IMG/VR virus record: IMGVR_UViG_3300030397_001117
Coordinates: 1 to 37,663 of that record
Source: a virus
Taxonomy: Duplodnaviria; Caudoviricetes
Direction: 5' to 3' (one strand)
DNA: 37,663 nt
The notes beneath the pieces were generated by a model. It ran no database searches. It saw nothing but the letters and a program-made list of their open reading frames with translations, and was not told the origin of the DNA. Below are positions 27,441-36,301 of the stretch, in pieces; within the stretch, counting starts at the first letter, position 1; the number at the start of each line of letters is the position of its first letter. Position numbers and translations under genes: made by a program.

Positions 27441-27860
27441 ATGGAAGACAGAGAAGCAATAAACATCATTAGAATTATAGTACTGACCGTAATAGCATTA
27501 GTAACTCTTTCTCTTTGGGGATGCCCACAATACAGGGTCTACAATGCTCGAATGTCTGGAAAGGCTTCAATACAAAAGGCCGAAGAACAAAAGAAAATCT
27601 TAATTGAAGATGCTGCAGCACGACTTGAGGCGGCGAAGCTAGATGCTCAATCAGAAATTGAACGTGCCAAGGGAATGAGTGAGGCTATGAAAATTGAAGG
27701 AGGGCAGCTTACACCGGTTTACAATCAGTATCTATTCATTCGAACTCTGGAGGAGTTATCGGAGCAGGGAAACCTCCCTCAGATAATCTATCTCCCTTCA
27801 GAAGGAATGGTCCCGGTGATGGACCTAAAAACAGAACGGCAAGATCCAACGGAAGAATGA
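27441..27860 (+). CDS. Membrane-anchored coiled-coil protein (short SPFH/band-7-like)
   Basis: TM segment, GCPQYRVY...GKA, Ala/Glu coiled coil, YLFI, QIIYLPSEG..P. Confidence 0.7.
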   Translation: MEDREAINIIRIIVLTVIALVTLSLWGCPQYRVYNARMSGKASIQKAEEQKKILIEDAAARLEAAKLDAQSEIERAKGMSEAMKIEGGQLTPVYNQYLFIRTLEELSEQGNLPQIIYLPSEGMVPVMDLKTERQDPTEE

Positions 27861-27955
27861 CACCCCAAGAATACAGATTCGTCTTGTGGCTTGCATGCAT
27901 GACGATAGGTTTAGCTATAGCTATGTTTATTCTCAATAAAATCATGAAGAGATGA
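27857..27955 (+). CDS. 32-aa single-TM peptide (not in ORF track)
   Basis: MTPQEYRFVLWLACMTIGLAIAMFILNKIMKR; ATGA overlaps at both ends. Confidence 0.6.
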   Translation: MTPQEYRFVLWLACMTIGLAIAMFILNKIMKR

Positions 27956-28191
27956 AAGACGCTGAGTTAGGTGATTATTTGTTATGGCGAGGAAAGCTCG
28001 CAAAGGTAGTGGGTGTGGTTGATCGAAGATTAGTAATAATTGAATCCCTACACAATGCCAAATGTCCTCATTGCGCGGGCGACTTAGGTAAGGACCAAAC
28101 CCATGTTGTTGTGGACTCTCCAAATTTTCAAGGAGGAGCGGAACCAATTAAGTCAATTCAGGATAAAAGCCATAAAGGAACTCGCAAATGA
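27952..28191 (+). CDS. Hypothetical protein with CPHC motif
   Basis: Coupled ORF, 79 aa. Confidence 0.65.
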   Translation: MKDAELGDYLLWRGKLAKVVGVVDRRLVIIESLHNAKCPHCAGDLGKDQTHVVVDSPNFQGGAEPIKSIQDKSHKGTRK

Positions 28192-28461
28192 AAAAGCGTT
28201 CATCAGTTTTTCAATTCCTCCCAACCTGGGTTATCGCCATTATAGAACTCTTTTCTTGAAACCCGATCAATTACGGCGCATTCAGATGTCAGTATAAACC
28301 AATCTCTTATAGAACTTGGTCGTGAACATGGTGTAGGTCCGGGCCTGTGCTTTGTGCGCAACTCCATAATAAATGTTTGAGTCAAAACTATAGTATTCTT
28401 CCAATCACGTGGGTTAAATTGAGGTTAATCAATTCCTATTTTAAACAAAAGACATTACATC

Positions 28462-29199
28462 TTATTCGTAGAATGGAAGACCAGCCCCCGCAAATTGATA
28501 ATTGTAAATCAGGTAGAGTGTAGTGCATATCTGAATCCCAACCATAACAGCCATAACGATGAAATAAGCACTCCATTCACGATTTGTAAATACAAAATGT
28601 CTCATTACCATCCAAATACACGTAATAGTAATAAACATAGAAACTAGAAGATACCATTTAGATGTAGGGCTTTTTTGTTTTGGTGTTTTGTATTTAACAA
28701 TGTTTGATCCGAGCACATAGCCATTTATCTTTAATTCGCTTTCATCTGTTCCGGCATATATGACTTGTACTTCAAGTCCAAAAGATGGATCAAAGTAATC
28801 CCAGTCCAAAGTATGCACACCGTTGGTCACAACAATGTTAAAATTTGAAATGTCAGGATAGACGGCATCTACAATACTAAAATCAAGAATTTCAATGTCA
28901 TTTCCCTCTATAGTGATTTGCTCTCGGACATCGGATTTTTTTATTTCTAATTCTCCACTATTCCAAATGACAAAGTTGGTCACGTATACATTATCTTCAA
29001 TCACAGTGGAATCCGATAAGTGCACTTGAATCTTGGAAGAAGCATTGTCACGATCGAATATTTTAGAAGGAAGTTTCTTGATGTAATAGCTAATCTCAAG
29101 TTCCTTCTTCCCGAATTCATAGAAGGCGACGGTGCACGCGATGCCAATACATGCTGTGACAATGGTCCAGAAAATCCCAGAATTTAAAAGTTTCTTCAT
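28462..29199 (-). CDS. AT-rich membrane protein (1 N-terminal and 2 C-terminal TM), accessory
   Basis: Three hydrophobic segments flank a beta-rich domain; starts 11 nt after the integrase stop. Confidence 0.8.
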   Translation of the reverse strand: MKKLLNSGIFWTIVTACIGIACTVAFYEFGKKELEISYYIKKLPSKIFDRDNASSKIQVHLSDSTVIEDNVYVTNFVIWNSGELEIKKSDVREQITIEGNDIEILDFSIVDAVYPDISNFNIVVTNGVHTLDWDYFDPSFGLEVQVIYAGTDESELKINGYVLGSNIVKYKTPKQKSPTSKWYLLVSMFITITCIWMVMRHFVFTNREWSAYFIVMAVMVGIQICTTLYLIYNYQFAGAGLPFYE

Positions 29200-29210
29200 T
29201 GGTCTATATT

Positions 29211-30452
29211 TTATCCAGCACGAAAAAATGGATGAGCAGCAATCCTCAGAGCACTAATTCTTCCTTCCATTCTAATATACTTGCGGAATGAATCCTCAGT
29301 CTTGTGTCCGGTGATATTCATAATAGCATACATAGGGATTCCGGCGAGCAATGCATTGGTAGCAAATGACCTACGGCCAGTGTGAGTGGTGATCAATTGC
29401 CACTTCTCTTTTTTGGATATGATTCTCTGTGGTCCCGAGTACTTTGTCTTGATGATCACATCATTGATGCCAGCCTTCAAACACACCTTCTTCAATCCAA
29501 CGTTGAACTTCTGATTACTGATTACTGCCGGGACCATGCCCTGGTACTTGTCAATAATCTTTCTCGCAGTCTCATGTAGAGGTATAGCTTGCTCCATTCT
29601 GCTCTTGGTTCTCCGGAAAACAACCACCTCATACTCTTCTCCATCCTTCTCCATGACTTCTATGTTATCAGCTATCCTGTCAAGATCGCTGTAGGCTACC
29701 CCTGTCCAGGCAGCAAGTAGGTATTGGTCCCGGATCCGGTCAAGCCCCGGTGTGAACTCCAAATTCAGAGCGTACATGCGTCTAAGCTCCTCCTCAGTGT
29801 TGTACACGCTGTCCACGGGTGACGAGGGCATAGATACGTCGATCATAAAGTCCAATGGCCCTATCTTCTCCCGGGCGGCCTTGTTCCTCATGATCTTCTT
29901 CAATGTAATTAGAATGGCACCAACGTAATTACTGGAGAATCCTCTACTGAATAGAGTCTGCTGCACCTTGTCGAACATATCAGAGCCCACATGCTTCCAT
30001 GTGCAACGTCCGTAGACACCGTCCAGGATCTCAGTCAGGGTTTTCACATGGGACTTGTCTTTTCGCAGAGTTTGCTCGCTGAACTTGCCGCTTTCAAATC
30101 GGGTCTTCAGCCATTCCTTCAAGAACTCAGTGAAGCTCTCCTCTTTCTCCTTCCCTTCTATGTCAAATTGATCAAGGATAAAGCCTTTGAGCTCCTCATT
30201 GGGCCAGTATTGCAATAAAGCCCTTCTCTTATTGACCTCAGCAACAGTCACATCCCGGATAATGTCTAATCTTTCATTGAGTGGAGCGTACTCGGGGTAA
30301 CCGGCTTTTATTCTCTGTCTCTTCTTATCCCAAAGCTTTGCAGGTATCCTTATATTAGGAGGGTAAACCACAACTCTCTGCTTGTTATGGTTGATGGTGA
30401 GTATGATTGAGCTATACTCTTTTTTAGGGTAACGGCAGTAAACGTTCACCAT
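29211..30452 (-). CDS. int: Tyrosine integrase (Bacteroidota type, with arm-binding and SAM-like domains)
   Basis: HTGRRSFATN, ITGHKTE..FRKYI, RTKS; box I reads WTGVAYSDL. Confidence 0.95.
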   Translation of the reverse strand: MVNVYCRYPKKEYSSIILTINHNKQRVVVYPPNIRIPAKLWDKKRQRIKAGYPEYAPLNERLDIIRDVTVAEVNKRRALLQYWPNEELKGFILDQFDIEGKEKEESFTEFLKEWLKTRFESGKFSEQTLRKDKSHVKTLTEILDGVYGRCTWKHVGSDMFDKVQQTLFSRGFSSNYVGAILITLKKIMRNKAAREKIGPLDFMIDVSMPSSPVDSVYNTEEELRRMYALNLEFTPGLDRIRDQYLLAAWTGVAYSDLDRIADNIEVMEKDGEEYEVVVFRRTKSRMEQAIPLHETARKIIDKYQGMVPAVISNQKFNVGLKKVCLKAGINDVIIKTKYSGPQRIISKKEKWQLITTHTGRRSFATNALLAGIPMYAIMNITGHKTEDSFRKYIRMEGRISALRIAAHPFFRAG

Positions 30453-30510
30453 AAGGACAACTGACAACTTTTTTTGTGCTTGCACGCATATCTGCGTACA
30501 GATTTGATTA

Positions 30511-30542
30511 CAAAAGTACGTAAATAGGCTATATTATGCAAT
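30511..30542 (-). promoter_or_regulatory. Integrase promoter
   Basis: ATTG-N20-TACTTTTG on the minus strand (perfect -7 box). Confidence 0.6.
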
Positions 30543-30603
30543 TTTGCCTATGTGTAATCTGCGCTAAATCAACATATTATAATTTAATTACCCCTATCTT
30601 TTT

Positions 30604-30621
30604 GTCCTCCCGCGGTCACTA
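30604..30621 (+). other. Putative attP core resembling a tRNA(-Arg) 3' end
   Basis: GT-CCTCC-CGCGGTC-A-CTA reads as T-loop end, T-stem, acceptor strand and discriminator; a GC-rich island in AT-rich DNA next to int. Confidence 0.7.
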
Positions 30622-30644
30622 TCCTACCTTGAAAATCAACATTT

Positions 30645-30682
30645 TATGAAGTGTGTGCATACAATTTCGCATACACTTCATA
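30645..30682 (+). repeat. 14-bp inverted repeat (replacement tRNA terminator and/or arm-type sites)
   Basis: TATGAAGTGTGTGC / GCATACACTTCATA with one G-T pair. Confidence 0.7.
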
Positions 30683-30778
30683 TATTTGTAATGGTTACTA
30701 ATGAGTAATTGATCATTTGATCAAGCCCCTAGTCAGGGTTTTTCTCTAGCAAGCCTCTAAGTCAAATACAAAGTGCGT

Positions 30779-31381
30779 ATGCTCTTTCTACTTGACAATG
30801 GCCATGGAGGCGTCATAAACAATGTTTATCAAACACCTGGAAAGCGATCACCCATTTGGGATGATGGCTCTCAGTTGTTTGAGGGTGAATTCAACCGAGC
30901 CATAGTTAATGGCCTCGCCGAACTACTCCACCGTCATGGCATCCCATATGTGAAGATTGCTCCGGAAGACAGAGATGTAAGCCTTGCAGAAAGAGTCAGA
31001 CGTGCGAATGTCTATTCCTCCATTCCTTCCTTATTTGTCTCAATACATGCAAATGCTGGCGGTGGGTCTGGGTGTGAGTTTTTCACTTCACCTGGTCAAA
31101 CGAAAGCAGATGAATTTGCGGACCTATTTGCAGAATCCTTTAAATGGGAGTTCCCCTACGATACACTCAGAGCAGATTACTCAGATGGGGATGCGGACAA
31201 AGAGGAACATTTCTACGTCTTGACAAAAACTTCGATGCCCGCAATTCTCACAGAAAACTTCTTTATGGACAATGAAGGAGAGTGCAAGAATCATTTGATG
31301 TCCTTCACTGGCCGACATCGCATTATATCCTACCACTTCAGAGCTCTACTTCAAATCCACGAAAATTTCAAGGCCATATGA
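30779..31381 (+). CDS. Endolysin, N-acetylmuramoyl-L-alanine amidase (Amidase_3)
   Basis: LDNGHGG, E.EFN, FVSIHANA, MPAILTENFFMDN. Confidence 0.95.
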   Translation: MLFLLDNGHGGVINNVYQTPGKRSPIWDDGSQLFEGEFNRAIVNGLAELLHRHGIPYVKIAPEDRDVSLAERVRRANVYSSIPSLFVSIHANAGGGSGCEFFTSPGQTKADEFADLFAESFKWEFPYDTLRADYSDGDADKEEHFYVLTKTSMPAILTENFFMDNEGECKNHLMSFTGRHRIISYHFRALLQIHENFKAI

Positions 31382-31677
31382 TTACGATGTACCGCACCGG
31401 CCATGACACGAATATCATTGAGATCATTGATGTATTACATGTCAATGATAACATGGTCTGCTATCCAAAAGATGGATGGGAGCAGTTGGAACCGAAAAGA
31501 GGTCCTAAATACAATTGGTTTCAATCCTTGGATTCAGCCAAGCTCTTTCTGATTGAGCAGTTGATCGATTCCAATGCTGTTTTGAGAGAATCCATTCGGA
31601 TCAACAATGAACGAATCCTTGAGATACGCGAGGTGTACAACAATTTACTCACCGAAGGTTACACCGCTTCTCTATGA
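31378..31677 (+). CDS. Hypothetical protein
   Basis: ATGA-coupled; C-terminal coiled coil. Confidence 0.65.
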   Translation: MITMYRTGHDTNIIEIIDVLHVNDNMVCYPKDGWEQLEPKRGPKYNWFQSLDSAKLFLIEQLIDSNAVLRESIRINNERILEIREVYNNLLTEGYTASL

Positions 31678-32261
31678 GATGGAGGGAAATCATAATGGCC
31701 GGAATCATAGCAGCGCTTGCAGGAGTGATTGCATTAGAGCGCTTTGGCGACAAGGAGTTGATTGATAATGATTACAAGGATCGTATCATATCGATTCCAT
31801 GTCAAGACACAACCACCTTCTGGGTGTTCAAAGACTCATTCCAGATTCACAGGGAATACCGAGCCATTGACGTTCCGTGGATTATTGACTCCATCAACAT
31901 TATCTATAAGGAGATTCTCGACACAACATTGGTTTCGCTTCCCTTGCCAGATTCAGCCTCAAAACTGAATGTCACAGCAGACACAGTACCAATGGAAGAC
32001 AAGGGCACCATGTCTTATGTCATATTGAGTGAGGGGCCAGTGTTCCGCTTTGCGTCCAAATTCGACTTCAAGGAGCCGGACAAAATTGTCCTAAAAGGCA
32101 AGCCATGGTCAGTAGGTGTGGGATATGGAAGATCCTGGACCAATGAAGGAAATACAAGCCTATATCAGTTAAGCACAGGCTACAAGAATTATCAACTCTA
32201 TTACCAAACCGACTGGTCCGGGCATAATCAGGTCCTAGCCAGCTATCAATATAGATTCTGA
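31674..32261 (+). CDS. Membrane-anchored protein with C-terminal amphipathic beta strands; spanin candidate
   Basis: N-terminal TM; WSVGVGYG...YQLSTGYK.YQLYYQ...VLASYQYRF end; two genes after the endolysin. Confidence 0.55.
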   Translation: MRWREIIMAGIIAALAGVIALERFGDKELIDNDYKDRIISIPCQDTTTFWVFKDSFQIHREYRAIDVPWIIDSINIIYKEILDTTLVSLPLPDSASKLNVTADTVPMEDKGTMSYVILSEGPVFRFASKFDFKEPDKIVLKGKPWSVGVGYGRSWTNEGNTSLYQLSTGYKNYQLYYQTDWSGHNQVLASYQYRF

Positions 32262-32398
32262 TGTATCAATCATTTCATACTTCGACTTCTGATTCCGGGA
32301 CCACCGTATATGGTGTGACTTCCTTCGGTGATCGCATACAGCTATTCTTTGGTCAACCCGAGAATGCCATTCAGTTCATTCAATTCATGATACAATGA
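32261..32398 (+). CDS. 45-aa hypothetical protein (not in ORF track)
   Basis: TGATG and ATGA coupling at the two ends. Confidence 0.55.
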   Translation: MYQSFHTSTSDSGTTVYGVTSFGDRIQLFFGQPENAIQFIQFMIQ

Positions 32399-32604
32399 CA
32401 CCACATCAAATAAAAACAGACTTACTGAAGGAGGTGCGCAGAGTGCGCAAGCTGCACAAAGCACACATGAGATTTCGATCCGAGTTAGCACGGAATTTAG
32501 CTGGTCGAATGACATCGGTATTGGTCCGGGCTCAAACGGCCTTGGCAGAAGATGATCGCACCCTTCAGAAACAGCTTTTAAACGAACTAAAGTCATTCAA
32601 ATAA
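32395..32604 (+). CDS. Hypothetical basic protein
   Basis: Coupled ORF. Confidence 0.6.
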   Translation: MTPHQIKTDLLKEVRRVRKLHKAHMRFRSELARNLAGRMTSVLVRAQTALAEDDRTLQKQLLNELKSFK

Positions 32605-32828
32605 TGAGCACACAATACTCAATCAACGCCAGTAAATGGACCAATGATGAACTTATGAAATTCCTCGAACGACAGAGGAATGATGGTAAGTACTACACCG
32701 AACGAATGTACCTAACCCTTGGTCAAAGAGCGGATCTGAAATTCATGGGATACAGGGTAGTCAATCAAACACGTGACCCAAAAGAAAGCAGGTCCACATT
32801 CATTGTCAGTACAACAACAATCAAATGA
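32604..32828 (+). CDS. Hypothetical protein
   Basis: TAATG-coupled ORF. Confidence 0.6.
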   Translation: MSTQYSINASKWTNDELMKFLERQRNDGKYYTERMYLTLGQRADLKFMGYRVVNQTRDPKESRSTFIVSTTTIK

Positions 32829-32893
32829 CTGTCTTCAGTATCACCATAGTATGCACAATGTTTTGTCTAATCACAATGGAACAGCCTCAGTAG

Positions 32894-33214
32894 ATGCCAA
32901 ACTTCCCAACAGCCAAAAGAAGTAACTATCTACCTCGCCGCAAGGCATTTGGGAGAAGGAAGAAGCACAACAAGCGCATCTACGATTCCATAAGATGGCG
33001 CAAGCTTCGATCCTATTACATCGCTAATAACCCGCTGTGTGAAAAGTGCTTGGAAGATGATCAGTACGTGGATGCAACTGGAAGACGAGGAGTGGTGGAC
33101 CATATAATCCCAATCAATGAAGGAGGAGCCGTCTTCGACGTGGCCAACCTTCAAACACTCTGTAATAAATGTCACAACATTAAATCAGCAAAAGAATCAA
33201 CCAAAAAAACTTAG
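32894..33214 (+). CDS. HNH endonuclease (HK97 gp74-like terminase cofactor)
   Basis: YDS.RWRKLR, PLCEKC, VVDHIIP..GG, NLQTLCNKCHN.K. Confidence 0.93.
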   Translation: MPNFPTAKRSNYLPRRKAFGRRKKHNKRIYDSIRWRKLRSYYIANNPLCEKCLEDDQYVDATGRRGVVDHIIPINEGGAVFDVANLQTLCNKCHNIKSAKESTKKT

Positions 33215-33217
33215 ATC

Positions 33218-33622
33218 ATGGCAGCATTAACAAACGCGGCAGAGACCGCAGTTCTTGAATACCTCCTTGAAGGGTCAGACTCATTGTCAGCTATTGCCAA
33301 TTGGCACATAGCTCTATTTACAGCTGACCCAGGAGAAACCGGTTCCACCGCCAGTGAAGCCACATATACGGGCTATGCCCGCGTATCTGTAACACGTGGA
33401 GCGGCCGGATGGACCGTAGCCGGAGACACTGGAGATAACGACGCAGCAATCACATTTGGAGAATGTACAGCTGGCAGTGATACAGTGACGCATCTTGGAC
33501 TAATGGATGCTTCTTCAGGAGGGAGCATGTACGTCTACGGAGCTCTCGATCAATCATTAGCAATCAGCTCCGGAATTACTCCAGAAATAGCAGCAGGTGC
33601 ACTAGATATCACAGCAGATTAA
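33218..33622 (+). CDS. Small virion fibre subunit (134-aa beta protein)
   Basis: ALFTADPGE, YTGYARV.V, N..AITF, TVTH.G..DA.SGG, AGALDIT pattern typical of small phage fibre proteins. Confidence 0.75.
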   Translation: MAALTNAAETAVLEYLLEGSDSLSAIANWHIALFTADPGETGSTASEATYTGYARVSVTRGAAGWTVAGDTGDNDAAITFGECTAGSDTVTHLGLMDASSGGSMYVYGALDQSLAISSGITPEIAAGALDITAD

Positions 33623-36291
33623 TGGGAGTTATTAAGGTAGAGCATATTGAGTTTGATTTAACAGGAACCAGTGGAACCTTGTCCATTTTGGATGTGGGTT
33701 CCACTTCCTCTGCCTTTATACGAAATACTGTCAGTGGTCGCCAAACTGCAGGTCGCACAGATGATACGAATACTACCAAGCACAATTTCCATGGAGGCAC
33801 CATAGAAATGACTGCTGTGGATGAGCTGACCTTTTCACGGTACAATGCTACAGGTACAGTTAAGTTTATGTGTGAGGTATGGAGGTATGACGGTGCTGTA
33901 GGTGGTGATCATGAATTTATTAAAAGAGCCCAAGAAGTTGTCACCTTCGGATCCACGGAAACCTCAAAGACTATTGCCATATCAGGCATTGTGAATAAAG
34001 ACAGAGTAGTTCCTTTCCTTGTCAGCCAAAGCCTTGACAGCACCGGAAACTCAGAATTCAACGATTCTCGGTTTATATGTTATATAAACCCCGGAGATGA
34101 ATTGGTAGTAAGGAGAAATGGATCTGGGAGCGCAGCAGAAGTGGTTGTGGATGTTGTAGAGTTCACAGGCTCATCTTGGAGTGTAGGTTTTGGAAGCATC
34201 ACGGATTGGAAGGAGTCAGCAAACAAAACTTGTACTCTTAATGATGCTTACAATTTAGCTGGGTCGACATATACGGCAAACTGGGAAGATGGATTCATTG
34301 AGACCTCTTTTGAAGGGGATACAGCCGAGTCAGGATTAAGTGATGTTCTGTTGACATGGAATGATCCAGGCACAGGGAGTGGTTCGGTTCTGACATTGGG
34401 AAGTGGTGATGGTAATGCCAGAAACGATGGTGATTTACGTGTGTATTTCGTTGAAAATCCAGACATGAATGTCAAACGAGCCTCAGCTGACAAAACCATC
34501 CCTCAGGGCTCAGATACAACCTTAACCTTTCCAAGTATTACCCCGAGTGCTTTGGATGAAGCTGCACTGGAATGGTACGTGGACACAAGTGGTACCGGTC
34601 AGGCATTTGCCAGAGGTTTTGTAGGAGGGATATTGACGAGTACGAGTGCAATCAAAGCATGGGTGCATCGATCAGGAAATGCTGGAGACTATAGATACGG
34701 AGTAATAGATCTCAGTGGACTGACAGAATCTGTGAGTGGAATGAGCTCCAATCCATCATTCAATGTTAGCACTGCAAATGAACTTAAAGGATCAGGAAGA
34801 CTTGATGCAACTGGAGGTCTTGCAGGAAGTTTACCGCCAGGTTTGTCAAACAGTGCAAGTTTTAGTGCCTCGGAGCCTTACATGTATGGCACCGGGAAAG
34901 TAGGTACTTCAGGAGCACTCGCTATCAATAAGAACAGTTCAATAAAGGGCTCTGGAAAGGTTCTATTTGATGATACAATTACTTTGGATATTGCTCATAC
35001 TCTGAAGGGGACTGGGGCTCTTGCCTCAGCTCCTTCTTTTAATTTTGACATTTCTGGAAGTATAAAGAGCTATGCAGCACTTGCGGCCGGTCTTCAGGTC
35101 GACTTTGATCAGAACACGGTACTGAAATCCATCCTCCAGGCAAGCGCATCGCTCAGTTGGTCTATTGAACAAACATCCTCTATCCTTGGCTTAGCCAAAA
35201 TGACTTCAGCCCTGGCCATCGCAGTTCAAAATAGCCTGACCATGAAAGGAAGCGGCTCTTTGACTTCGGGACCAACAATAAATGTGTCCAAGGTGGCAAA
35301 CATAGCCGGTATTGGTCTCATCCGCGCCTCTTTAGATGTGCCCTTAAATATTGGATCTGCAATCAGTGGTCCCGGAAAGCTCAGCGCATCACCACAAATG
35401 ACCATCACGACCTTATCGGATATGCGTGGCTCCGGCTCAATGGAAGTTTCAATGGACTCCATATTCACGACCACAACGCCAATAAAAGGAGCTGGACGCC
35501 TTGTGAGTCAAATGCAGCTAGAAAAGACCATTTCTGCAGCTTTGAATTCTGATTCTGAAGGAAGCGCAGTACTGGCCTTTGAAATCGGAGTAAGTGCAGA
35601 TTTAAAAGGGACTGCGTCGGCCGCAGCCATGCTCGAAACATCCGTAGTCATATTGAGCGGAATTAAAGCCACCGCTTCAATGGCTTCGTCAATTCCATTG
35701 GCTATTACTCTGGCAGCAGACTTGATGAACGCAACAACCCTGAGCTCCACAATGGGTATAAGCCTTGTTTCTTCAAGCGAGGTCAAAGGTGTTGGTAGAA
35801 TTGTTGGCAGCATGGTTTTAAATGTTGATAACATCAGTGAGTTGAAAGGCTCTGCGTCAATAAGCTCGAATCACATCCTTAGAATCACTCAGCAATCAGA
35901 TGCTTTGTCAATTGCAAAGATTCAAGCTTCTCTTCAAGCCGCTTTGCAACAACAGTCAGAGTTGAAAGGTGTCGGACACATATTTGTACAGATGCCAATA
36001 ATCACCGAGATAAGTGCCAGCACAAGCGGCACATCATTGATGAGTAGTGTGCTTTCAATAGAGCTGACATTCGATGCTTCTGGAAACCTGCTTGGAGTGG
36101 AAATTCCTGTCAAAGAAGTTGACAGCAGAATCACAACTTCTCAGACGCTGGATAGTACAATTTGTCCGGAATGGACCTTGTCCAGCACGATCATGACAAC
36201 CCAAACCCTGGATAGTGCCATATGCACAGACACTACCCTTGACAGTGTAGTGGAGGAATTGATTTTAGATAGTCCAATTAATAACCCTTAA
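33622..36291 (+). CDS. Repetitive fibre protein: N-terminal tandem beta domains, ~20 x 20-aa repeats, C-terminal 10-aa repeats
   Basis: Rich in S/G/T/A; (L/I/M)KG.G.L recurring every 20 aa; LDS.I recurring every ~10 aa at the C-terminus. Confidence 0.75.
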   Translation: MGVIKVEHIEFDLTGTSGTLSILDVGSTSSAFIRNTVSGRQTAGRTDDTNTTKHNFHGGTIEMTAVDELTFSRYNATGTVKFMCEVWRYDGAVGGDHEFIKRAQEVVTFGSTETSKTIAISGIVNKDRVVPFLVSQSLDSTGNSEFNDSRFICYINPGDELVVRRNGSGSAAEVVVDVVEFTGSSWSVGFGSITDWKESANKTCTLNDAYNLAGSTYTANWEDGFIETSFEGDTAESGLSDVLLTWNDPGTGSGSVLTLGSGDGNARNDGDLRVYFVENPDMNVKRASADKTIPQGSDTTLTFPSITPSALDEAALEWYVDTSGTGQAFARGFVGGILTSTSAIKAWVHRSGNAGDYRYGVIDLSGLTESVSGMSSNPSFNVSTANELKGSGRLDATGGLAGSLPPGLSNSASFSASEPYMYGTGKVGTSGALAINKNSSIKGSGKVLFDDTITLDIAHTLKGTGALASAPSFNFDISGSIKSYAALAAGLQVDFDQNTVLKSILQASASLSWSIEQTSSILGLAKMTSALAIAVQNSLTMKGSGSLTSGPTINVSKVANIAGIGLIRASLDVPLNIGSAISGPGKLSASPQMTITTLSDMRGSGSMEVSMDSIFTTTTPIKGAGRLVSQMQLEKTISAALNSDSEGSAVLAFEIGVSADLKGTASAAAMLETSVVILSGIKATASMASSIPLAITLAADLMNATTLSSTMGISLVSSSEVKGVGRIVGSMVLNVDNISELKGSASISSNHILRITQQSDALSIAKIQASLQAALQQQSELKGVGHIFVQMPIITEISASTSGTSLMSSVLSIELTFDASGNLLGVEIPVKEVDSRITTSQTLDSTICPEWTLSSTIMTTQTLDSAICTDTTLDSVVEELILDSPINNP

Positions 36292-36301
36292 AGCGAAAGA
36301 G

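Noticed and set aside
28188-28460. Short ORFs between the early operon and the convergent membrane gene
   Set aside because: Conflicting short frames with no motif support, so none could be chosen with confidence
34783-36288. CRISPR-like or tandem DNA array
   Set aside because: The periodicity exists only at amino-acid level, with no conserved nucleotide repeat and spacer structure
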